From: Candidatus Helarchaeota archaeon
Lineage (GTDB): Archaea > Asgardarchaeota > Lokiarchaeia > Helarchaeales > RDOG01
Length of the DNA stretch: 64,000 nt
Direction: 5' to 3'
Assembly (NCBI GenBank): GCA_019058315.1
Contig: JAHPZH010000007.1
Location: 64,001-128,000 of the forward strand
In this document: in pieces, positions 31,293-41,929 of the stretch
Layout: every line of letters begins with the position of its first letter
How positions within the stretch are numbered: the first letter of the stretch is position 1
The notes under the pieces: model-generated
Told to the model about the DNA's origin: nothing
The model's database searches: none
What the model saw: the letters and a program-made list of their open reading frames with translations, nothing else
Program-made: the position numbers and the translations under genes

Positions 31293-32051
31293 ATGGGAAA
31301 AGAAAGAAAAATCAAAAAAATTGCGAAAAAATTCTTTGAAACTGTATATGAAAAGTATGGTGACATTGTTCCACCAGGAATACAAGAATTAGATAGTTTG
31401 GAATTTTTTTTTGATAAATTGAAAAATAAAAGAGTATCTAATATTTTGGATGTCGCTTGTGGTCTTGGGTTCTTAACAAAATATCTTAATGAAAGATTTC
31501 ATCCTATTAATATAATAGGTGTTGACATTTCTGACAAACTCATTGATAAAGCACAAATATTGAATAAATCCAAAAATATTAAATTTGAAACAGCAGATAG
31601 TGAGGTTCTTACTTTTCCTGACAAAAATTTTGATTTAATAACGTGTAGATATGCTTTTCATCATTTTCCTTCTCCGATAAAAGTACTTAGAGAGATGAAA
31701 AGAGTATTAAATGATGATGGTGAAATTGTAATAATTGATCCTTCTTTTAAAAAAATAAATAATGATATTCTAATTAATAATATATTTACAAAATTGGAAA
31801 AAGATATCGCTGGTCACATCAAATTTTATAATAAATCCGAATTTGAACAATTTGCAAAAAAAGTAAAATTGGAATTAGTAGAAATTGTGTATATGGACTT
31901 AAATTTCATTCTAGGTTTACCGGGATTTTGTGAAGAATTTCAATCATTTCCAGATAATATTAAAGAAGAGTTTTCAGTTTCTATCCAAGGATCTTCAGTT
32001 CATGTAAAATTTCCAGTTGCAGCAACTTTTTTACAAAAAAATAAAGATTAA
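31293..32051 (+). CDS. Class I SAM-dependent methyltransferase
   Basis: ILDVACGLG, GVDIS, FDLITC, EMKRVL. Confidence 0.88.
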   Translation: MGKERKIKKIAKKFFETVYEKYGDIVPPGIQELDSLEFFFDKLKNKRVSNILDVACGLGFLTKYLNERFHPINIIGVDISDKLIDKAQILNKSKNIKFETADSEVLTFPDKNFDLITCRYAFHHFPSPIKVLREMKRVLNDDGEIVIIDPSFKKINNDILINNIFTKLEKDIAGHIKFYNKSEFEQFAKKVKLELVEIVYMDLNFILGLPGFCEEFQSFPDNIKEEFSVSIQGSSVHVKFPVAATFLQKNKD

Positions 32052-32067
32052 ATACTAACTAATAAAA

Positions 32068-33687
32068 TTGGGTTTAATTATGAATAGTAATCAATCTAAA
32101 GGAACTATATATTTTGGTGGTTCAATTATCACCATGAATGATAACCATCCTTTTGTAGAGGCCATTGGTATTGAGGGAGAGAAAATTGTTAGCATTGGTA
32201 AACTCGAAGAAGTTAAAAATAAAATGGATCAAAATTGTAATTTAATAGATTTAAAAGGAAATACGCTTCTTCCAGGATTTTTTGATTGTCATATTCATCC
32301 AATACCTTATCTTTTAACCTTTATTTATCTTGATCTTAGAAATGTTAATAGTTTTAAAGAACTCCAGAATCTCTTAAAAGAAACAGCTAAAGGAAAAAAG
32401 AAAAATGAATTTATCTTTGGAATGAATTTAGGAGAAGAAAAATTCGAAAATCCAGTTCTACCAACGCGTTGGGATTTGGATGAGGTCTGTCCTGAAAATC
32501 CTGTTTTTCTTATTAAAAATGATGGTCATTCAGGGGTTGTTAATAGTAAAGCATTAGAGTTGGCTCGAATAAATCGTAATACAATTCCTCCTGAGGATGG
32601 TGAAATACTGAAAGACGAAAACGGTGAACCTACAGGTATTTTAAAAGAAAGAATGCTTAATTCTTTAATGAGATATGTTCCACTTCCAGAAAGAAAAGTA
32701 GTTTTGGATGCCGCTTCAAAAGTTTTTAATATATTAGCAGAAAATGGAATAACATCTATTCATGGAATTTTTGAATTAGATAATGGACCAGGAAATCTTG
32801 GTAGTTTTGCTGTTCCAATTCTTAAAAGTATCACTGATAGAATTCATCAAAATTTATATAGTATATTTTTTACGACAAATCCAAAAAAATTAAATCGTAT
32901 AAAGAAACCTCCCTTGGATGATAATAAAATAGACGGCAAATTTAAAGTTGGTGGAATAAAAGAATGGTTTGATGGCTCTTATGATTCATTAACAGCTTAC
33001 ATGCACGAGCCTTATACAGACTATCCTAAAAAAAATGGTTTTTGTGTAATTGATGAAGATATTTTATATGACCGAATGGTAAAAGCGCATAATCTAGGCT
33101 TCCAAATTGCAATACATGCTATAGGTGATAAGGCAAATAGGATTGTTGTTGATCTTTATAAAAAGTTATTAACTGAATTTCCAAGAAAAGACCATCGACA
33201 TCGAATTGAACATGCTTCCATTTTGACAGATGATGTGATAAAAGATATAAAAGAATTGGGATTAATAACCTCGTGTCAACCCGGTTTTGTCAACTATGAA
33301 TGTGATTGGGTGGAAAATAGATTAGGAAAAGAAAGAATCAAATATACTTACCCCTATAAATCCTTATTAGACGCAGGAATAGTCATCGCTTCTGGTTCTG
33401 ATGCCCCTGTTGACTATCCTAATGTGATTTTAGGACTTTATGCGTATGTAACTCGAAGTGGTTTTATTCCAGAACAATGCATATCAATCGAGGAAGCACT
33501 TAAGACATATACTATAAATGCTGCTTACGCTTCTTTTGAAGAAGATATAAAAGGAAGTATAGAAGAAGGAAAACTTGCTGATCTAGTGATTTTAAATAGG
33601 AATCCACTTAAAGTTTCCAAAGATAAAATAAAAGAAATCCGAGTAATTGAAACAATAATTAGAGGAAAAACTGTTTATAAAAAATAA
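32068..33687 (+). CDS. Amidohydrolase 3 family (YtcJ-like)
   Basis: PGFFDCHIH, HAIGD, RIEH, GSDAP, GKLADLVIL. Confidence 0.92.
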   Translation: MGLIMNSNQSKGTIYFGGSIITMNDNHPFVEAIGIEGEKIVSIGKLEEVKNKMDQNCNLIDLKGNTLLPGFFDCHIHPIPYLLTFIYLDLRNVNSFKELQNLLKETAKGKKKNEFIFGMNLGEEKFENPVLPTRWDLDEVCPENPVFLIKNDGHSGVVNSKALELARINRNTIPPEDGEILKDENGEPTGILKERMLNSLMRYVPLPERKVVLDAASKVFNILAENGITSIHGIFELDNGPGNLGSFAVPILKSITDRIHQNLYSIFFTTNPKKLNRIKKPPLDDNKIDGKFKVGGIKEWFDGSYDSLTAYMHEPYTDYPKKNGFCVIDEDILYDRMVKAHNLGFQIAIHAIGDKANRIVVDLYKKLLTEFPRKDHRHRIEHASILTDDVIKDIKELGLITSCQPGFVNYECDWVENRLGKERIKYTYPYKSLLDAGIVIASGSDAPVDYPNVILGLYAYVTRSGFIPEQCISIEEALKTYTINAAYASFEEDIKGSIEEGKLADLVILNRNPLKVSKDKIKEIRVIETIIRGKTVYKK

Positions 33688-33768
33688 TGTTTTAATATTA
33701 CATCAACTTTTTTTTTACAAAAAATAAAGACCTAAATAATCAAATATAAAGTTACATTACTAATTTTC

Positions 33769-34290
33769 ATGTCAGAACTGTTTTTTAATATTCAAAAATA
33801 TAAAAAGATAGGGGACTTTGAACTCTCTTCTGGTAAAAAAACAAAAATATATTGGGATTTTCGACCTTTATTAGTCAATTATAAAGAACTTAATCTCTTA
33901 ATGGAACTTTATTTTGAAAATCTTTGGAATAAAATAGATTCGAACGAAAAAGGTCTAAATCTTATCGGTTTAGAATTTTGGGGGGCTGTTTTAGTTCCAA
34001 TGTTAAATTTTCTTTCGCCAAATCAAAAAATAAATTATAATCCTCTAATTTTAAGGAAAAAAAAGGATTATGGAATAAAAGAAAGATTATTGGGAAAAAT
34101 AAATCCAAATTTTAGGACTGTTTTATTGGATGATATTGTCTTTACTGGAAATACACTAATTAGTGCAATTAAATATCTAGAAAAAAGCAATATCAAAGTA
34201 GACAAGATTCTAGTCTTGATAAACAATTCAAAATTCAAAGAAATAAACTCGACCCCATTAGATTCAGTCTTTAAAATACCACGAATTTAA
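33769..34290 (+). CDS. pyrE: Orotate phosphoribosyltransferase-like
   Basis: GDFELSSGKKT.IY.D, RKKKDYG, VLLDDIVFTGNT. Confidence 0.75.
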   Translation: MSELFFNIQKYKKIGDFELSSGKKTKIYWDFRPLLVNYKELNLLMELYFENLWNKIDSNEKGLNLIGLEFWGAVLVPMLNFLSPNQKINYNPLILRKKKDYGIKERLLGKINPNFRTVLLDDIVFTGNTLISAIKYLEKSNIKVDKILVLINNSKFKEINSTPLDSVFKIPRI

Positions 34291-34317
34291 TTGTTATTAT
34301 CAGTTTTCATTCCAAAT

Positions 34318-34638
34318 TTATTCTGTAGGTAAATTTGCATCTTTCCACTCTTGCCAACCACCTTTATATCGTAATATATTAGTAAATCCTAAGTTTGATA
34401 TCGTTTCTGCAGCAATACCACTTGCAGGACAATTTAGATCCTTAGAATAAGTGATTATTAAATCATCTTTATCAGCCATTGAGTCAATTCTGTTTTCAAT
34501 TTGTGAGATTAGAAGGTGTCTTGCAGCTTTGATATGCTCTTTATTATAATCTGGAGTATCTCTGACATCTAATAATAAAAATTTCTGCTTTTTTTTAATA
34601 ATTTCCAATAATTCTTGTTTATCAATAATCCTAACCAT
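34318..34638 (-). CDS. Rhodanese-like domain protein
   Basis: LLDVR..DY..EHIKAA, YKGGWQEW; likely ATG at 34638 (ORF track extends to 34689). Confidence 0.85.
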   Translation of the reverse strand: MVRIIDKQELLEIIKKKQKFLLLDVRDTPDYNKEHIKAARHLLISQIENRIDSMADKDDLIITYSKDLNCPASGIAAETISNLGFTNILRYKGGWQEWKDANLPTE

Positions 34639-35132
34639 ATTTTCAAATCCAAGTAACTTTGAATTTTTATCTATTTTCTTAAATATCAATTAAAACTAAA
34701 AAAAATCGATTCCAAGCTGGATTTAGATTAATTGATAACTATTTAGAATAACCATTATCTAGTTACAAAAATTTAATTATAAAAAATTTATTTAAATCAA
34801 TTATATCAAAATAGATCATAAACCAAACCCTAATGCTTCTATGCCATCTACCTAAGAAGCGTATGTGATTGCTTTTTTAATTATATAACCATTTTCATTA
34901 GTATTGATTATTTGACTGGTCATATTTTTAATTATTCTCTTAATTCTTCTTCCTAAGTAAAGTTCATAGTGTTCGATTGATTAGCCATCCAGATGTCTCT
35001 CCAAATTTTGCATTTTAAAATCTAAACTTCAATAACCCCTAATTTTTTGGATCTTTATAAGTAAAACTCAATTTACTTTATAATTTAAAATAAGTGGTGA
35101 ATTCTACATTAAAAAAATAAAAGGTAAGAAAA

Positions 35133-35849
35133 ATGTTTACATCTACCCCTAATTATACTTCTATATTTTATATTATAGCAATAATTTGGTTTATATTAGT
35201 TGTAATTTTGATCAATTTAATTATTAAAAATAAATTAACCTATGTCGATGAATTTAGACAGAAGTTCGTTTCAGGAATTTTCTTTTTAATAATAACTCTG
35301 ACTATTATGTTAATTGCTCAAATTGCTCTTCAAATACCACAAGAAATCATGAGTATATTAATTGGGTCTATTATTTTTACGCTTATTGGGTTCGAAACAT
35401 TAACACTTATTGGAATATCCCAATTAATTGATTATATTTCCTCGATAATTGATTTTGAAATAAAAAATAAAAAAAGGAATGCTATTTTAAGTTCTATTCT
35501 CATAACCATAATTCTTACTATTATATATGCAATAAATAATTTACATAATGTTGCTCAGATAAATTATGTATTTGTAGTTCCAATAGGGATTTTCTGTTTC
35601 TATTTTGCTACTATATATACTTTTTTATTACATCAAGAGATGAAAAAAATCAATCTAAATATTCTCCTATATATAGCACTGGTTTTTTTAACTATTACTA
35701 CAGTTTCAACTTCCATACCATTTGTAAATTTCATATCTGACCCTTTTTTTTATGTTATTGTTTTCTTTTGCTTTATTGGATTTGACATAATTTTAATTAT
35801 TGGATATTTAGATTTTAAAAACAAAATAAATAAGGGATTAGCAAAATAA
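35133..35849 (+). CDS. Seven-TM integral membrane protein
   Basis: Seven hydrophobic segments, no soluble domain. Confidence 0.7.
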   Translation: MFTSTPNYTSIFYIIAIIWFILVVILINLIIKNKLTYVDEFRQKFVSGIFFLIITLTIMLIAQIALQIPQEIMSILIGSIIFTLIGFETLTLIGISQLIDYISSIIDFEIKNKKRNAILSSILITIILTIIYAINNLHNVAQINYVFVVPIGIFCFYFATIYTFLLHQEMKKINLNILLYIALVFLTITTVSTSIPFVNFISDPFFYVIVFFCFIGFDIILIIGYLDFKNKINKGLAK

Positions 35850-36034
35850 GTAATGATTTAATAAAAGCGTTTAAACTATTACTTGATAATATTTTTTCTA
35901 GAAGTGGAGAAATACTTGGTGAAAATATTATCATAAAGTTAATCAAATAAAATAATTTTGTATATTTTTTATTAGTTACTTTAAACTATCTTTTATTCCT
36001 TCTGAAATGTAGAAAATCAAATCAGTGATTAGGT

Positions 36035-37123
36035 TTGAGTATTTTGGCAGAATATCGTGAAGCATTAATAAGAATTGCCAAAAAAATATCTAAATCCAGT
36101 ATGAGCATTCCAATGGATGCAAATGGAGAGCCAACAAATACATATATTGAGTATTTAAGTTTATTATTTGATCCAAACGATGCAAAAATTGTTCAAGAAC
36201 TCGAAGTTTTTCCTAAAAACATGTCTTTAACTAAATTATCAAAACATCTGGGAAAAGATAAGCAAGAGTTAATGGACTTATTAGATCCACTAAGTAAAAA
36301 AGGTGTGGTTTTTAAAATGGGAAAAACTTATGCTATTCCTGTTCCATTAGAAATTTTTGATATGCCATTCATGATAAAAGAAGTTTATGGAGGTAAAAAT
36401 GCTAAAAAATTGGCTGAATTAAGTAGAAAATTCTTTGAGGAGGAAGGATATTATAAAATTTGGGAAACTACAGAAGATGGAATTCCTAGAACTAGAATTT
36501 TAACTGTTAGTGAAAAAATTGTACCTGGCCATGAAATAATACCTCTTGATGAAGTTTATACTATTATTGAACAAAATACAAGTTTTGCCTTAGTACCTTG
36601 TCCCTGCCGAAATCGTTTCGAAATTGAAGGAAATAGAAAATGTAAGAATAAATACCCAATTCATAATTGTATATTACTTGGGGCTTTTGCAGAAAAAGTT
36701 ATCAGCATGGGTGATCCTGTAGCAAGGAGAGCCAGTAAAGTCGAAGTTACACGGTTAACGCAAGATACTGCTAAACGTGGATTAATACATACCACAGATA
36801 ATTTTATTCGTAGTAATATTCTCTGTTCTTGTTGCGAATGTTGTTGTGTAATGCTGGCAGGTCTAACGCGACCTGGGTTGGATAATCCTAGAGCAATTGC
36901 AAAAGCAAATTATATAGCACGCGTAGATAAAAGAGCATGCACAGCTTGTGAATTGTGTTTAACTAGATGTAAATTTAATGCAATTTCAATTGAAAAAACT
37001 TCAATTATCGACGAAAATAAATGTTTGGGTTGCGGGTTATGTGCTGTAACTTGTCCAAATAATGCGATTAAAATGCATAGATTAGAGAGAGAAAAAATGC
37101 CTGAAGAACAAATTTACCTTTAA
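36035..37123 (+). CDS. 4Fe-4S dicluster-binding protein
   Basis: CPCR, CSCCECCC and two CxxCxxCxxxC ferredoxin motifs. Confidence 0.88.
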   Translation: MSILAEYREALIRIAKKISKSSMSIPMDANGEPTNTYIEYLSLLFDPNDAKIVQELEVFPKNMSLTKLSKHLGKDKQELMDLLDPLSKKGVVFKMGKTYAIPVPLEIFDMPFMIKEVYGGKNAKKLAELSRKFFEEEGYYKIWETTEDGIPRTRILTVSEKIVPGHEIIPLDEVYTIIEQNTSFALVPCPCRNRFEIEGNRKCKNKYPIHNCILLGAFAEKVISMGDPVARRASKVEVTRLTQDTAKRGLIHTTDNFIRSNILCSCCECCCVMLAGLTRPGLDNPRAIAKANYIARVDKRACTACELCLTRCKFNAISIEKTSIIDENKCLGCGLCAVTCPNNAIKMHRLEREKMPEEQIYL

Positions 37124-37135
37124 ATTTAGATATCT

Positions 37136-37342
37136 TTATAATGCCGTTGCAAAATACATCAAGAAGAAGTGAATACTAAAACCAAATAATAATGAAATGA
37201 TCGGTACTGCAATAAACGCTCTTTTTCTAGAATATCTTGCTCCAGCAGAAACATGAACCATAAACCATATGAGGTAAGTAACTCCAATTACTAGAAAAAC
37301 AATGGCAAGTATAAGTATAATTACTAGAACCCATTCATACAT
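37136..37342 (-). CDS. Small 2-TM membrane protein
   Basis: 68 aa, two hydrophobic helices, GTGA SD. Confidence 0.65.
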   Translation of the reverse strand: MYEWVLVIILILAIVFLVIGVTYLIWFMVHVSAGARYSRKRAFIAVPIISLLFGFSIHFFLMYFATAL

Positions 37343-37717
37343 CGATAAATCACGAATTTATTACTTTTAAAAATATATTTCCAAAAGAAAATTAATAAGA
37401 TTTTGGTGCTTTTTATTTAATAGTATTTTGCATACCAGATAAGTTCTCATTTGAGGTTAGGATTCTTTAATCAAAATGATTGCATTTAATGCTTATTTTT
37501 TCTAATCTTGAAATGTCTTATGATAATATTAAGTAAAAAATCATTAATAATTATCCAAAATATTCCAATATGGTTTTAATCTTAATTAAATCATTCTTAT
37601 CCTATTAAATAATACTAAATTATATTTAAAAATGTTCAATATTTGTTGTTCTTATTTTTTTTTTAAAAAGAGTTATATTTATTTAAAATCAAATTTTTAA
37701 AAGAATTTAAATTTTGG

Positions 37718-39397
37718 ATGTCTAGAATGGACGAAGAAAAAACTACAAATATCGAATCTATGAAAAAATTTTCAAAGGAAGAAAGAAAAAAGATTAGAGA
37801 AAAACGCAGAGCGGAACAAGGTGCTCCGACAAAGATGAATAGATATTTATATTTCGTACTTTTCTTTGCATCAATCGTTAATTTTTTTGATAACTGGTGC
37901 ACTCTTGCCATTACTATTGCAATGGGGAATTTTTCAGGAGCAATAGATATATTAGGAATATTATTAAAAGAAGATCTTTTCTCCTACTTCGGCATCACTG
38001 GATCACCAATTACAATGGGGATTATTCTCTCAATTGCGGGTACTGGAGTAGTTGCTGCTGTTTCCTTTAGGTATTTGGGTGATAAATATGGGAGACGACC
38101 CTTGGTTCTCTGGACTTCTGTGTTTTTTATATTATTTTCAATTTTGACTGGGCTTTCACCACCAAGTTCTCAAGGGTTAATTATGTTCCTTATTTTTAGG
38201 ATAGCATCCAATTATTTTCTCTCTGCGGACATTGTCATAGTTATTATGGCAGAAGAAGCCCCAGATAGCATCCGGGGGCGTTTGATTGGGACAGTGCTTG
38301 CTTTAGGAACGATGGGAGGATCTGTTTGTGGAATAATTCAATCAATGAGCATTCATATTGATCTCGGAGGAGTTATATTAAAAACGTGGCAAAGCATGTT
38401 TTTCCTAACCATTATAGGATATATATTTGTGATTCCTCTGTATTTCTTTTTAAAGGAGACTAATAGATTCAAATCCATGAAAAAATATGAAGATTGGAGG
38501 AAAAAAAAGGGATTAAAGCCAAAAATTGGTTGGTTAGCCCCACTAAAAAGGCAATACATACGCGGGATGGTCGCAGGTTGTGTTATTGGGTTCTTAGGAA
38601 ATTTAATTTATTTTGCTCAAATAACTTTTTTCGCTTTATTTTACAATAAGGAATTGGGAATGTCGCCAGAAATGGTTGGATTAGCGTCGCTGCCATCAAC
38701 ACTTGGAGCGGCATTGGGATATTTTCTAGGAGGTCCTATCGTTGATCGATGGGGACGTATACCAACTATTCATCGTTTCGGTACAATTGCTATGGTTTCT
38801 ACCTTCTTTTTCACAGTTCCAGCGATATTCGTCATTCCTGGGTTGTCGAACCCATTGGCCATTTTATTCATATTAATTGGTGCAGTTGCTGGTATTTTTT
38901 GCTTGACCATAACAGTCACTGCTGGAGCAGTAGTTGGAATGGAGTTATTTCCCACTCACATTAGAAGTACTGCTGCAGGTTGGGTGGGGGCTATTTCTAG
39001 AGGAGCAGTAATTGTAGCTCCTTTATTAACGATGTGGGGAGCCGAAAAAATTGGCGGTTTAGGATTATCGTACATGTTCATGTTCTTTTTAACAGCGTAC
39101 ACTTCAATTAGCATCATGTTTTCGGTATATTTATTAATTCCGGAAAGTAAAGGTCGTCAGCTTGAAGAAATTGTTGCTACTGAGATTTATACCAAAATGA
39201 AGAGAAGTAAGGATTATAATAAACCATATATCTTCTATACCTTGGGATTTGTGACATTAACCGCATGTTCTATAATATTTGGACTGACAACTGGTGCACC
39301 AATTTTAAATGTAATAATCATGGTTGGAATTTTTGCTACATTATCTGGCAGTTGTTTCCTAATAGTTGTAAAAGCAAGAAGTATGATTACTGAATGA
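37718..39397 (+). CDS. MFS transporter
   Basis: LGDKYGRR, DRWGR, ELFPTHIRSTA, PESKG. Confidence 0.9.
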   Translation: MSRMDEEKTTNIESMKKFSKEERKKIREKRRAEQGAPTKMNRYLYFVLFFASIVNFFDNWCTLAITIAMGNFSGAIDILGILLKEDLFSYFGITGSPITMGIILSIAGTGVVAAVSFRYLGDKYGRRPLVLWTSVFFILFSILTGLSPPSSQGLIMFLIFRIASNYFLSADIVIVIMAEEAPDSIRGRLIGTVLALGTMGGSVCGIIQSMSIHIDLGGVILKTWQSMFFLTIIGYIFVIPLYFFLKETNRFKSMKKYEDWRKKKGLKPKIGWLAPLKRQYIRGMVAGCVIGFLGNLIYFAQITFFALFYNKELGMSPEMVGLASLPSTLGAALGYFLGGPIVDRWGRIPTIHRFGTIAMVSTFFFTVPAIFVIPGLSNPLAILFILIGAVAGIFCLTITVTAGAVVGMELFPTHIRSTAAGWVGAISRGAVIVAPLLTMWGAEKIGGLGLSYMFMFFLTAYTSISIMFSVYLLIPESKGRQLEEIVATEIYTKMKRSKDYNKPYIFYTLGFVTLTACSIIFGLTTGAPILNVIIMVGIFATLSGSCFLIVVKARSMITE

Positions 39398-39733
39398 TTA
39401 TAAAAAAATTTTAGATTATCTAGTAAAATTGAAAAAAAATAAATTGCTTAGAAATTTTATTAGACTCGAGAAATACATTAATTAAACCATTATAAAAATA
39501 AAAAACATACAATTCTTAATTTCCATTGCTTAAATAATTAATAATAATCTTAAAATTTCAAATCTTTATTTTAAACTTGTACATTTTAAATTATTCAAAT
39601 AATTTTAATATTAGCAATTATTAACAATATTGCGAAACCAGTGCTACCCATAAAGGAACAATTTTACGATTCCTATTTAAGTTCCAATAAGGGTGCCAAA
39701 GGATGCCGCTCAACTGAAATAAGATGTGATCTT

Positions 39734-40597
39734 TTGCATTTTCTCAATAAAATAATTAAAGGACAAATAGATGATACGGTGCATAGGAGATTTATAAAAT
39801 TCTCGAAGGGTTTGTTTATGAATGGAGGCCCTGTTTTATTAGCAAAAAAAGCTAAAAATAATGTACTATCTCTTAATGCTAGTTTTGATTACGAGGATTT
39901 AATTGGGGAATTTACAACGAACCATTTACCTGATGGTAATTATAAATTAACTGGTCTAATTTATACTCAACCAAGGGTTCCATTAACTGAATGTGAAACT
40001 TTGGCAAATTCAATAGGCTTAAATAGCAACTGGGAGCAGGGAAAACGTGATTTGAGAAAACTTTACCTATTAAATATAAATGAAGATAAAAAAAATTCGG
40101 AAATTAAAGAAATATATTCTAAATTAAATGAGATCTGCACATTATTATTGAATATTACTCCAAAATCGGGTAAGGTATGGAAACTCACTACTAAAGATAA
40201 AATTCCAAGCCTTAAAAAACTACAAGACACTCCTATGCCCAATTGTAAACCAGATAAAGCAGAAAAATGTAATTATCTTAAATTTTGTGAAAAAAATGGC
40301 ATTTGTGTTAACAGTAGAATTGGTTTTGTTAAAGTAAAAACTGATAAGCTTGATGAAAAAAGTATCAAGGATTTCATCGATTTATTTACGCCCGATTTCA
40401 ATGGGAAAGTTCCAACTGATTTTACTGAATTAGTTCTAGCAAATCAATATATGATTGAAGATTTTGAAGATCCACCCAATAAAGATAAATTAAAACCTAA
40501 AGAATTACGTGAAAAAATTATTAAAAAGGGATTTATTAATCGAATTCTTCTGATAGATAAAAAAGAGATAGTAAATAAAGTCGAATTTAAGGTCTAA
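39734..40597 (+). CDS. Conserved archaeal hypothetical protein
   Basis: MHFLNKIIKGQIDDTVHRRFIKFSKG-type N-terminus; likely TTG start at 39734 after GTGAT (ORF track start 39641). Confidence 0.7.
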   Translation: MHFLNKIIKGQIDDTVHRRFIKFSKGLFMNGGPVLLAKKAKNNVLSLNASFDYEDLIGEFTTNHLPDGNYKLTGLIYTQPRVPLTECETLANSIGLNSNWEQGKRDLRKLYLLNINEDKKNSEIKEIYSKLNEICTLLLNITPKSGKVWKLTTKDKIPSLKKLQDTPMPNCKPDKAEKCNYLKFCEKNGICVNSRIGFVKVKTDKLDEKSIKDFIDLFTPDFNGKVPTDFTELVLANQYMIEDFEDPPNKDKLKPKELREKIIKKGFINRILLIDKKEIVNKVEFKV

Positions 40598-40629
40598 CGG
40601 TTAAGTTTTTTTTAGAATCTTTATTTTTT

Positions 40630-41928
40630 TTAACCCTCAATCCCTGGTAATGTTTCTTTTATTCTCATAAAAAGTGGGAGCGAAATAATGAAGAATATAG
40701 GCGCAAAAGCAAATATTACGGGCAAACCAAAGACAGTTGCAACTATTCCACCTATTAACGAGCCTATGACTTGAGAAAGAGTATTAGTTATATTTAATAT
40801 TCCTAAAAATTTCCCTCTTTTTTCTTCTGGTAATAAATCTTGATTCCAAGCATTAAGAGGCGTAAGAACTCCAAGTAATACTGTTAAAATTAATGAAAAG
40901 GCAAAAACATATAAAATAAGAATTGGTTCGGTAGTAGATAAAAAAGGAACGATAAAGAATCCAAGGCTAGATATCATTATTACTGGAGTTATGAATTTCT
41001 TACGGCCATATTTATCAGCATATTTTCCTAATAAATACATCATTATGAAAGTGAATGGAGCGGCTACTCCAAGTATAATAACCATTGTAATTGTAGAAAA
41101 CCCCAGATCAAAAATGTATATGAATAAAAATGGCAGAATGATATAGACGCCTGAATTAAAAACTGTAAAGGCTAAAACAAATTTATAAAATTCGCGATTC
41201 TTTTTAAACTCTTCAATATTAAATATTTCTTTAAATTCTTGAAAAAATGGTTTCTTCGGTGGTAATTCTGAAACTGGTTTTTCTTTAATGAATAAGAAAC
41301 CTATAAAAGAAGCTATAAAAAATACTATTCCTCCTATTGAAAGTATGAAAATATATCCTTCTCTAGTTATAATAGTTCTTGGCCACCTAAAAATATCTGG
41401 AATCCCAAAAATTGCATTAAGTATCAAAGTAGATGCGACTCCAACAACTAAACCGATATTTCCAAGTATATTAACGATTCCGTTTGCTCTACCACGATAT
41501 TCAATATCCATTAAATCTGGGATAAGAGCTCTTTGTGCAACATAATATGAGTTAGATGCAATTCCGATAGCAATAACATCAATTATCACTGCCGTTATGT
41601 AATTTTGCGAAAATGGATATATAATCATTGAAATCCCCGCTAATAAACCACCGAATAATAGAAATGGTCTTCTTCTTCCATACTTCGATCGCGAGTTATC
41701 ACTTAATATCCCTAAAAATAGATGAGATAAAAGACCTGCAAGGGCAGAAAAAGTCACCATGATTGAAATAAATATGTATTGTAAGTTGAGAACATAGTCC
41801 AAGAAAGTATTAAATATTTGTGCTTCGAGATAACCAAAAATTTGAGCTGCCGCATATAAAATTCCAATTATCATAATTTGAGAGATAAGGAAACGGCTTA
41901 ATTTTTTTTCTCCATCTTTTAATTCCAT
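40630..41928 (-). CDS. MFS transporter (SLC45/maltose-like)
   Basis: LSDNSRSKYGRRRPF, ADKYGRK; ATG at 41928 abuts the nreA stop. Confidence 0.88.
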   Translation of the reverse strand: MELKDGEKKLSRFLISQIMIIGILYAAAQIFGYLEAQIFNTFLDYVLNLQYIFISIMVTFSALAGLLSHLFLGILSDNSRSKYGRRRPFLLFGGLLAGISMIIYPFSQNYITAVIIDVIAIGIASNSYYVAQRALIPDLMDIEYRGRANGIVNILGNIGLVVGVASTLILNAIFGIPDIFRWPRTIITREGYIFILSIGGIVFFIASFIGFLFIKEKPVSELPPKKPFFQEFKEIFNIEEFKKNREFYKFVLAFTVFNSGVYIILPFLFIYIFDLGFSTITMVIILGVAAPFTFIMMYLLGKYADKYGRKKFITPVIMISSLGFFIVPFLSTTEPILILYVFAFSLILTVLLGVLTPLNAWNQDLLPEEKRGKFLGILNITNTLSQVIGSLIGGIVATVFGLPVIFAFAPIFFIISLPLFMRIKETLPGIEG

Positions 41929-41929
41929 T

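Noticed and set aside
34690-35130. Possible pseudogene or TAG-readthrough fragments on the minus strand
   Set aside because: Frames interrupted by TAA, TAG and TGA; no recognisable protein similarity
39631-39730. SAM-I riboswitch
   Set aside because: 5' AUC..GAG/P2 kink-turn half is absent; retained only as a generic structured-leader candidate
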